The notes beneath the pieces are model-generated. The model did not search any database, was not told the origin of the DNA, and saw nothing but the letters and a program-made list of their open reading frames with translations. From NCBI GenBank assembly GCA_003614675.1, contig ML002370.1, positions 1 to 36,900 on the forward strand: DNA of 36,900 nucleotides, given 5' to 3'. Shown here one piece after another: positions 11,593 to 22,900 of the stretch. The DNA is from Dimargaris cristalligena (Eukaryota). Position 1 is the first letter of the stretch. Each line of letters opens with the position of its first letter. A program made the position numbers and the translations under genes.

Positions 11593-12693
11593 TACTGTAT
11601 TTTGTTTTCAATATAGCAGGTGCTGCTACCCCTCACTAAGGGTAATAAAGAAAATCTGGCATGAGTGATCCATAGAATTCCCTGGTATTGGATATGAATT
11701 GAAAGTGCAGTGGCCAGTGGGGACTGGGTGGAGATGCAGCAGCTGGGCAGGTTCCAAAAGATGGAGTGGCAGTACAATTAGTAATTTGGTCCCTCTGAGG
11801 GTTGCAGCTTTAAAATCCTCTACATCAAAGGTTGACAGGAATCTTACTAGGTGCATTTGCCCTTACTCAGTGTGCTCACTCTCAACAACAGGAGGGAATG
11901 CTTGAGAGCAAGGTTATTATTGAAGGGGTGGGCTCCTCAGAATAATGTTAGTTAAAACAAAGAGTGTAGTACTTTCTTCCCCAAAGAGTGGGAGTATTGC
12001 CAATAAAAATTGGGCAGCTATCGCTCACCAAGCCCATCTAAAAATACGAATAGTGGGCATACGGCATCCCATTGCCCCTTCCTCAATGTACATTTTGCCG
12101 ACCCACAGGTTCCACCAAAATATACCTGTAAATATATAATTCCAGAGGGGATAAACGCACCCTCCGCCTTTTTGAATGCCCAATTGAACGTGCCATCGAA
12201 AGCTGATGGATTTGGCGGAACCCTTTCTTTAATTCCTGGCCAGGGTTACGCAATAAAAAGTCGTATTTTGGTGAAACCCCAATGCGCCCCTCTTCATCCG
12301 TTTCGTGAAGTACAAACGTTACATCTACACTAATGAATCTAACTCCTGTGAACAACAGGCGTTGGGTGGTGCCTTCTCTCCTTCCCCCCTGCAATCGCTG
12401 GGCCACTTAGCTATACTCCACTCCCGAATCCCTATCTCTGGCCATCTATTGATCTACCTTCGTCTCTGCCCTCGCGGGCACCACCAACATAAAACCCCCC
12501 AACCCGCCTCCTCAACTCTATTCACCAATACTACTCATCCACTGCAGAAGTTTCTCTGATATCTCTCTTAACCCATTTACCCACTCGTCTTCTAATTATT
12601 CAGCCACATATCAGGATTGCTTGCGACAAATTCTATTCACCCCCCCCCGTGCCATTTCCCACTAGCCTACCTCGCTCGTCCGCCTGAGCTACG

Positions 12694-13149
12694 ATGAAGC
12701 TGCATTTTATCTTTATCTCTCTGCTCGGCCTCGCCTTGGTCCACTGCGCTGTTGGCCACCCCCTGCCCGAGAACGAATCAAGAATAGCTGAGCTGGAATC
12801 CGAGACGCAGTTGACAGGTGCACTTCAAGGGTTTAATTTACCCAGTGAGGTGATCAATAATATCTTGCTCTCCCTTGACGATATAGAGATGGCCGAGGTC
12901 CCTGATCGAACGGATATAATTCAGGCTTTGTCTGCTAAAAACTTACCTAACGAGCTGATCAACCTTATCATAAGCTTTCTCGGAGATATTGAACGTGCCG
13001 AGGCCGCTGATCGGGCAGCCATCCTTAGTGCTTTATCTGCTAGAAACTTGCCTACCGAGTTGATCACCATTATTATGGGTTACCGGGACGAGGCCAATCA
13101 TCGTGAGCCGATAATTGAACAAAGTGCGCCAACACCATCAACTGAATAA
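12694..13149 (+). CDS. Small secreted protein, 151 aa: signal peptide plus three tandem 35-aa F-box-like repeats (candidate effector)
   Basis: MKLHFIFISLLGLALVHCAVG|HP is a typical signal peptide. NLPSEVINNILLSLD, NLPNELINLIISFLG and NLPTELITIIMGYRD have Leu codons at 12838, 12943 and 13048 (exact 105-nt period). They match the first half of the F-box consensus LPxE(I/L)xxxI(L/F)xxL. Confidence 0.8.
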   Translation: MKLHFIFISLLGLALVHCAVGHPLPENESRIAELESETQLTGALQGFNLPSEVINNILLSLDDIEMAEVPDRTDIIQALSAKNLPNELINLIISFLGDIERAEAADRAAILSALSARNLPTELITIIMGYRDEANHREPIIEQSAPTPSTE

Positions 13150-14841
13150 GTTTCATCAGTGTCCCCGCTACTCGAAAGGTCTTCCCCCGAAATGATGGTG
13201 ATTTCTATGCGCCATCATAACGTGGCGGCTTCGCGTAGACTGTTGGCTAAGAGAAGTGCCGAGGTTGCTAATAATGGGATAGCATCTCACTAGCTTACCG
13301 AGTGCTTGCATGGGTTCGAAATAGGGACTGTCCTCCTATATTTCAAAAATGTGCTATATTTTTATAGTTCACCCAAATAGTTGGGTTCTTTTTCATGCCT
13401 ACTGGATTCCTGGATGTACCTTTAATTGATAATGGATTATATTTAACAGCTCTTATTATTAAAGAATATCGCTATACTACGGTTGTAATTTTCGAGAGCT
13501 CAGGGGTGCTTTAATAAATGAAGCATCACCTCTACTATAGTATATCCCGAAAAATCCATTAAGTATGACTCGAAGATTAAATATTATACAGCTGCTCCGT
13601 ATTTGATATATAAAAATGGATACTCCATATCCCTTGTAGTTACCAGTCATGACATTCTTCGAAGCTCTCTCTTAGAACTGGTTGGATCCAATGTATTACA
13701 GCTTCCACATCTAGTATTAATTAGCAGAATTCTGCGTATTTTGGATCTTATTGAAAACCTCATGGCTAGCCTGACCAATATCAATCAATGGCGTGTTTCT
13801 TATTACAAGGCCATTATCCACATTTAAATTCTACAGGGATTCTTCCACAAGTTGGATTGTATATGTAAGATATATCCAATCCAGTAAAGGCAATCTTTGC
13901 GACCTCTTCACTGTTCGTTTACGACATATGTAGTTGGCTATGTTAGCCAAGCGACTTCTTATACCCCGGGCTAACCATTTTGAAAAACAACCTTATAGAT
14001 CGAGATATCGAGTCAGGACATTGCTGCTAATATGCCACTATTCCTGTTTGATTAGATCTATTACCTATAGAGTACACTGGGGTATTCATAATGACATTCC
14101 CATATGAATTGGTCGTGTATGAATATGCCGTTAGAATTGAGTATTTCATCTCTTACTACTCCTTCTGGATACCCAAGGGATATCGGCTTAAAAATGCAGG
14201 ATAAATGGAAATATGAATGTCATGTCCGTTATTAATGAATAAATTGCTGGACTGACGATTTCGAGAAAAGTTCCCGTTTTGAATGTCAATTCCATCATTC
14301 AGAAATTCCCCACCAGATTCGCGGTCGTTGGGTCGAGAATATAAGATTTTTCTTCCAGTTCCAGTGGGATATGGAGATTTTACGGCATATAAACCATTAA
14401 TGGAAATGCGAAGTTTCGCCTTACACGTTCGAATTCTCTAAAAATGGGTGATGGTAGGATTTAGCTAACATCGCTTCATTATGCGGCCATTCAACAACAT
14501 GCACCCCACTACTCTCGATAATCTATAGGTCCTACTTGACTGCCCCCGATTATCCATCCCCATATCTTATATAAACTGGATATCCTGGCCGTTTACACTC
14601 TCCAAGCTTGTACATCGACTACTCACTGGCCATTTACTCCGGCCATTTTAATAGTTTAGTGCATTTTGCCCGCCTTCCGTTACATGTAATGTATAGCGAC
14701 AATTAATTTACTAAATAATATGTGCACATTACCCTATATCCACCAGCATAACTCCATAAAATTCTCACTGGACTAGCCCCAGCAGGTGACTCGTACGTAT
14801 ATTCGCATTACAACAAGCCCTTCCCCAACATTTTCTTAAAT

Positions 14842-15174
14842 ATGGAGGGTCTCTGTCGGCTTTTCGGGAATGCCTGTAATCTGAAAAACACGCATCCGGG
14901 GGATCTTAAAGCTGACAATACCAGTCTTCCGATCTATTCACCAACCCAGGCCCTAGCAAGTTCTACTCCATCGACCACATTCGTGCCAAAATACCAGCCC
15001 CAAAAGTATCGATGTGGGAATTGTAAAAATGAGTTTCCGGATATCAGTAAGGTTCTTCTACATAATGGGGACATCTGGAGGACTAGCTGTGGCATTTGCT
15101 CACTGGGCTTCGCTACTTTTAAGAAAAGAGATGGAATCATCTCCTATTCCTATAAATCCTACCCGATCCATTGA
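14842..15174 (+). pseudogene. Degenerate C2H2 zinc-finger-like ORF
   Basis: YRCGNCKNEFPDISKVLLH has Cx2Cx3Fx8H spacing but no second His. SCGICSLGFATFKKRDG has Cx2Cx3F spacing but lacks the His ligands. Confidence 0.4.
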
Positions 15175-16937
15175 CGATGATTTTGACTGCAGCTTTGTCT
15201 CCTTAACCAGCCTTGCGTTCATTAATACTATACCTGGCTGACCTGCGATAGTATCGTCGTAAATGGCTTGCGTATTACAAAATAAAGGCACTAGCCAGAT
15301 TAACAAGTAAAATACTTATAAATGTAATGCGTTAGAGACTGACAAGAGAGTATCCAGGTGGTTATACCACAGGAAAGGGGCGACCTCCCAGTCTAGCCTA
15401 TTGAATTGGGTTGTTGGGTATTCTATTACTGTATCACGGACACGGCTAGTTGATGGTCGACCTACATTCAAGTATATCAGTACGCGTTTACAGTATAGCT
15501 TTGCTGCCACTTCACTATACTATACTACTTGCACACCCACACCTTTTCTTAGTCATTAATTGATTTCCCAAGCGCCCCTCCCTCTAATGCATTACCCCGA
15601 ACCTGGCTCCATTCTGATCACATGACCATATATGCCTTTCTGAGTCATCCTCACCTTACTGTTTGTTGTAGCAGGCGCACCCCCTCCCATACGACACAAC
15701 TTAATGATTTAGCTATATCCCTGTTTAGGTACGAATTTACAATAATATTATTACGCGACAGTTCTAAAGCTGTGCTGCCTATTTAGCTAGTTTGTCCAAT
15801 GGTTAGATCGGATCTATTGGTCTACACACTATCCCAAACCCCCAACAACCGAATCTAAACAGAGAAGGCCCATGCTTCATTGGCAGCCAGCTTCTTTTGT
15901 TGGTGGAATGTTATTTGTCCTGGTCGTCTTAGGGATTGCACTTCGCGATTATGGCATGGGATACACTTGCAAGAATCCGATTGTAGGAGTGCGTGAATGG
16001 ATCCCAGCCGGTACAGTGGAGGTTAAAGACATTGGAATCTTAAATTAACCGACATTCATAAGATGCACTCACTCCGTACCAATTCAACAATAAGTTAGGG
16101 AAATAGAAGTGGAATTCGGGCAGATGTGTACATTCGACGTATTCTCTAATCCGCCGCTGGCCAATGGGAAGACCTATTGTTGAGCAGGACAGGTCAGCCA
16201 ATCAGTCTTTCCATATAGGGAAACAGTAAACAAACCGAAGTTAGGAATGGAAGCGCAACTGTACCTGAGTGGTATATTTATGTTTTTTCACTCCCTCCAT
16301 TGTCAGGGGCCGCTCCGTCGCTACCCCTCAGGAACAATGGGCAGTGGCCTCTCCCCTACCAGTGTTGATATACTACCCCGCTCAACTTCCACAGCGCCGG
16401 TATCACCAGTTAGTTCCTTTAACCCATTTGTTGGCCTGTCTATTCTTCCACTAATGATAAGTTCAAACGCCACCCGTAAAACCTTCTTTTCCACTCTGCC
16501 GTATTCCGTCCGACGAGCCCCCCCGTATAGCTTATAGCGAGCTAATCTGCCCCGTTTATTAGTCACGCTTCCCCTTTTTGTGCTCTTTTCAATCCCCCTC
16601 CCCGTCAAATTAGCTCTCAGACACGTAGACCACTGTGTCCCGGGCAAACGACCCGATTCCTACATCTCATTATTCGGTTTATCTTACCCTCCGAAGCCCT
16701 TTCCACGTTGTACGATAGCAACCCCGCTTTCCGACCTCCGCTTCAAGGCGTGTCTATCGATTCCCTCATATTCCATTGTTTAGCCCCCCCTGTCCTACTT
16801 CCCTTGGTTGGGACCAATACCCGTCCTGCTCAGCTAGGAATTAACGGCCGCTATTGGTTTGTCCAACGGAGAAGCAGTCTCCCCTCTACTACGTTTTCCC
16901 GTGCCCCCGCTCGGTCGACTGCTAGCTTCTATTTACT

Positions 16938-19900
16938 ATGAAAAAGTTCCTCGGAAAAATTAAGAGGCGGCGGAAAGACAATAACAACGGTGACGACGAC
17001 GACGACGCTGGCCCAAGTAGCCTGACGGAATCGCTGGACTTGGCCGAGCCCGTCTCACAGTACAGCAGTCGCGAAGGCGCCAGTGTCGCCTACGATATCA
17101 GTGGAGCTATAGTCAGCTCGGCCATCGAAGTTTTGGATTTAGCTGGCTATCCCTCCTACCGCCCTGCCGCCGGGTTCATCCCGTTAGAATCGGCCACTTA
17201 CCCCCGGTTAGCCACCCACCCTGCGAGTGATATAGCCGGTTCCGTATCCCAGAACTCGTCCCAGGGCCCGAATACGCTCGATCAGTCATCGGTAGCTACT
17301 CCGGAACTGCAACGGTTCGAGGCCCGTTTTTTCACCCCGTCGACCCGCCCTGCCCACCCAAGCAGTCGCAATCGCCCCTTGGCCTCAAGTGCCGAGCTTT
17401 TATTGCGCTGGGAACGGCTCCTGGAACAAAATCGGGCCCGCCCAACGGTTTCGGCGACATCTTTGGGGGCACCCGCGTCGCAGGGGGCTTCCTACGCCGA
17501 AACCGTCTTTCCATTATCGGGTCGCCGGCAATATCCGGCTCCGACCACTGATGAGTCTTCTCCACCGGTGGTGACTTCCTTAACCATCGCCGAATCCGAT
17601 GCCACGCCCCAGCAATCCATGTTATCCACCCAATCATTACAGAAATCTATCCATGGGCTCAGCGAATCCCCCTTGGGCCTTCGGCAGTTGCCTGTGGCCC
17701 GGTCTCCTACCCAGCGCCGGGTATCAGCTCCTTTTCCCGTGACCCACGCACCATTATCTCAATCGGATCCCCACCAACATAACACTCTTCCCGGCCGGTT
17801 TCCCTCCGGGTCAGCAGCTAATCCCCAGCTCCGTCTGGATAACCAACGCCTAGTTAAATTTGCGTTTGAAGAGGCCCGACGACGCATCACTACCAAAGAT
17901 GGCCAGACCGTCGAGGTTCCATTGGAACGGTCCCGGCCCGAGGATATGACTGACGAAGAGTGGGAACTGTACGGTCGGCACATCAAGGTACCCATCATGA
18001 CGCCCGTCATGGAAGAAATCCCCATGCGCGAAAAATACCCCCTGCGACATGCCCGGGAACTCCACCGACGTTTATCCCAGCCGTCCTTGGATGAGGCTAG
18101 CTCGTCTAATATCCTGGGTGAATTGGGTCGAGCCCAGGATCCCACTACCCATGAACCGGGCCAGCGACCCAAGAAACCCCGCCATCCACTAGATGAGCTC
18201 TACTATGCGGCCGCCGGGTCGTCCTCGTCCTCAAAGTCTTCCGCAGCCGAGTCCCAGCCGGGCACGGTGCGTGAACACCCATACATAGTTCGCCGGAAAT
18301 CCCTGGCCCGTGCCCAACTCGACATGACATCACCAGTACCCGATACCACTCAGCACCCAAGTGCGGAAGCGGAATATTCCCCGCCGGCCTTTTCAGAACC
18401 CGAGTCAGAACCCGAGGCCCAGACGTTTGACGAAGCCCTTACTCAAGAACCAACCCCAACGGTTTCCCGCCGCAATGCAACCTATACCCCTGAGTTTATG
18501 ACCATTAACATGGGTACAGATGCCCCGTCGTTTAGGCCTACTTCTCCAACCCTACCCCAGCCATTGCCATCAGCTCACTATCAGGTTGCCGGTGACGATG
18601 GTGAGTATCACAATTCATCGACAACGAAATACCCGCCTTTCCAACTCAGCCTCGACCACAGAGAGCCGCTCCAGCCTTCGCCAGTGGTTGGCCGACGGGC
18701 CACCTTCGTCAGCCCAGTCCCCGCATCCCGGGTACCGATTGGGGCTGCCACCCCCTCCTACCATGTCCCCGAACTAGCCGAGGCCTTCGACTCTCTAGTC
18801 GTTGAAGAAATCCAGGGCTCCTTCGTTGGTTCGCGGCCACTGCGGGCGGACAGCTTCAGTTCTATGCAGGCGCGCCCCCTTTCCATGATGGGCGACCATC
18901 CTTCGTTCTCCCCGTCGGCCCGAATCCAACGTGCTCGATCAGCTTCACAGTCCAGTATCCAATTGGGGGTGACCCCCCCCCATGTGTTACCCCCGGAAGG
19001 CACCGTCCCGCAACTGGTACGGGCCTACGACGAGTACCACGAAGATATGCGGGCATCGACACCCACCCGCTTCGCCAGTCGACCCGAATCGCCCTTCCAA
19101 CGGGCCCAGTCCCGACTTTCGATAAGCTCCGGCACCGCTCGGCCTCAACTACCGGCGAACCATATGTATGGGCCTCCGCCCCCGGTTTCGTCGCAATTTT
19201 CATCCTATATGGCCGAGGGAACCCTGCCGTCTCAATCGGCAGGCCTTTTTGATCAAGCGCCCGGCGACTATATACGGCCGCCGCTACCCCTTTTTCAAAC
19301 GGAGGAACCGTACTTTTCGCCCCAAGGGTCATTCGGCGACCCCGGGCGTGGCCGTCAGCGAAGTTCGTCCTCGCCCTTTAATAATTCCTCCTTTGAGGTG
19401 AATCTAGGGGATGCTATAGTGGTAGACCCTAGTACTACCCTTTCCCGCAGATTATCCCGCTACCACTATAATATTGATCCAGCATCGTCCCAACGGCGTC
19501 AACAGCAGCATCAGCAGAAGCAACAGCAATCCCAAGCCCCTGGTGTACCATCAACTTCGTCCTTTTTGACCGAAACCAGCTTGGCGCTTAGTCCGGGGTT
19601 AGCCCCCGTTAGGTCGGGCTATCTTGTCGGAGAGTCATCTGTTGCGACAGTCCCCGTAGTGGCGCGTCTGGTACACCATGCCGAGCGGTTCAATTCGGCC
19701 GCACGCCAGTCCGCTGTTCCGGTTCCAGCTGAACCCGCCTTTATTTCACTGGTAGAACCACCATTACCATTAGCCCCGGGAATGGCACCCGCCACTGATA
19801 CCACGTATATGCCTAACGTGCCTTCTTTTCAAGAGGAAATTCCTTCTTCGCCGCCATTTCGCCCTAGCTTAGCCCCGCCGGCTGATGCACCGGAATCTGT

Positions 19901-22900
19901 CCAAGCTAACCCTGCGGCTTTACGCCCACGCTCACCACCCCAAGCAGAAGTATCCTTACCCCTTCCCCCCCTTTCTCCGCCTCCGCCTTCGTTCCCAACA
20001 CCCTCTCAACCCTCTTCTTCAGTTGTAGCACCCCCAGCGCCAACACTACCCCCGCTTCCCCCACTTCACGTCTTGGAGAGCACCAAGCGCGAGATTCTAG
20101 CTCGGCGGGCTCTTCGACTTAACAACACCAGTATGGCCTCGGTCGCTTTTTCCCGAGACACATTACCAATCGGCAGTTCTTCGACTCACATTGCCCGACC
20201 CTTGTTCACGGGGGATATCTTATCTTCTACAATGGAACGCGTCCCGCCCCAATTACCGTCCCAGACTTCCTCCGTGTCCCCGGAGGTGCACTCCCCGTCG
20301 GCTAACCAGAGTGCCTCTATTCGCCTCGGTCAGCTCTTCTCGGCCCCCGATCCGGAATCCCCCCTTCCACCCCGTACCGGTGATACTAGTAGTGGTCCTA
20401 ATAACGAAAAAGATGATAATCGGCCTACCTCTGATTCAATACTAAACAGCACCGAACTGTTGGAAACACCCTCGCCCGAGGACAGCGCCCCCACCCCGGC
20501 CCGGCTGAGCCATTTAAGTATCAGCAGCCATGATGTGAGTAAATTGTTTCCGAGTATGTCGTCCATCCCCGAAGTGTTTCGCCCACCCCCTAATTTTGTT
20601 CGTCAGCCGGCGCGCCGACCTCCTAAGCCTATAGAAACTGTGCCAGAGGAACGTCCGGAACCGAGAACCTTTGAGACTTCACCGCCTCCGATGCCGATGC
20701 CCGAGCCAGAGCTTGAGCTGGAACAAGAACCAGTAACTCTTGTTACTATTCCTAGTCCGGCCTACAATGACGGGCCGGTGATGAATCAACAGTTGGAGCC
20801 AGTGCCAATGTCCACGGTGATACCAGAGCCAGAGTTGGACAACCAAATGGAACCGGAACCAGAGCCAATACCGGAGTTCATTTCAGAAATTGACCTTAAC
20901 CCTGCCCCGATTTCGGATCCGGCGTTTAACTCCCAACGGATGCCTGAACCTGAGCAAGAATCAAAGCCTATACCCATGTTTATGCCGGAACCCGAACCCG
21001 AACGCCAATCGGAACCAGAACCAGAGCTGGAACCGGAACCAAAAACCGTACATATGTCGCCATCAATTCAACAACGGTGGTCCACTGATTATTACCCACC
21101 TAGACCGACCATCGCGGCTCCCGTACCAACTGCCACGGCCACTCCACCATATTTCCCTCCAAACCCCAGTGTGGTTATTTCCTCGCCCATCCCTCAATAC
21201 AGTACCGAGCGTTACCGCCCTATGCCGTCGTGGAATGCTCCATCGGACCCCCCGCCCCTTCCTCCGTTGCCTAAATTCGTCCTGGACCAGATGTCGTATC
21301 AGGTCCCCGTTATTACCGTTAGCTCCCCCCCGTCGGATATGCGCACGCTTGAATCCATCCGATCCCAGCTGGGCTCACCGAATGCTTCCACCCCCTTGAT
21401 TTTGATCCAACCTGCCACCCCTTCCCCTAAATTCCCGGTTCATAATGACGACGACCCCCTCCCCGGCTCCGCATCGCAGTTTTCCCTGGGCGCCGCCAAT
21501 CTTTTAGCTGTGCCCCAAATGGACCACGGAGGCTCGTTTACCAGTGATTCGGATATGGAGTACGAGTCGGAGGTACCCCAGTATTATTCATACGGCCCGC
21601 CTCCCCCGCTCCCTCCCATTCCTGCCCATTTCCGGCCCTACACTATGACGTCGCCCCCGATGGGACCGAGTAGAGCGACAGTGGACGGCGCCGCCATCAC
21701 TAGTGTACCACTAGAAATGCCGCAAGCTACCGGCTCCAAGTTACCCATCTACCACGATACACCCGAGCATCACAATTCCGCTGAGTTTGCGACAGCACCC
21801 AATTCTACCCGCGTAGTCAACCAGCCTAATTCATCGTCTGGATTCCAAACCCCGCCGCCGCTTTCACCACCCGCCCCTCTCAATACCTTACCCCCAATGC
21901 CTATGCCAGAGCCCGAGCCAGACCATGAAACGAAGCAACCGGCCCAGTCAATGATGTCTCTGGCGAATGACAGTGCGACGGACTTGGGGGCCGACGGGCC
22001 GTCGATTGACCGGCCGTTTTCTACACCTGAAATCCCGATGGATCATCCAACCGACCCCTCTCCTCTACCCCCCGCTCCCCCTCTGCCTCCTCCTCCAGCC
22101 TCCTTACTTAGGGAAATGGCCATGGAAGCCCAATCCATGGCTATGCCTGGACCTCCTAGTCCCACTGTATTACCCCCGCAACTTCCCCCTCTCCCACCGG
22201 GTGCCATACCCATCTCCCCCGATGAGCCTTCTACGCCATCGCTGTTGGCCGCTGAATTACAGGCCAAATTGATGGAACAGAACGGAGTCTATGTGTCTCC
22301 CCTGCGCCAACTAAGAGCCGGTAACCATTCAGCTACATCGATATCGATCTCGCCGGTGCAATCACCGACAGGTCCCCCGTCGTGGTCACATCCGACAGCA
22401 CCGCCCCTCTGGAATCCATCGGGACCAAGTAATGGCCCCGCTTTACCATCTTCGCCTCAACACCGTCAGTCGTCGCCGCGCATATCATCACCCCTACGCC
22501 AGTCCCATTCGGCAACGTTCCAAGGGGCTGGATCCCGGGTGAACTTATCCTCATCCTTACCATCGACCCCCACACACCCCGGTCGTACCCAGTCTTTCAT
22601 TGGGCCCGGCACTCCCCCACCCCTCGAGTTAAATTCGAGGTATTCGTTGGCGGCGTCGGGTTCGGTCCAAACCCCACCGGTACCGCCGTCGGGGCCGACT
22701 ACTTTCTCGGGCTACGAACGGCCGCTACCTGCGGCCCCCGGATCTACCAATATGCCCACCCAGTTTACACCCTCTGGACGGACTTCCCAAGGACAGGAGA
22801 CCCCCTCTCCCTTCTCATCGCCTGCCCGGCCCCCTCTTTCCCCCCAATCCGCAGTGGGGCTCGTCTCTCCCCCGGGGGAGGGACCACTCTCGGGAGGGCC

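Noticed and set aside
13312-13330. GGTTCGAA T-loop-like motif suggesting a tRNA
   Set aside because: No cloverleaf stems or A-box around it.
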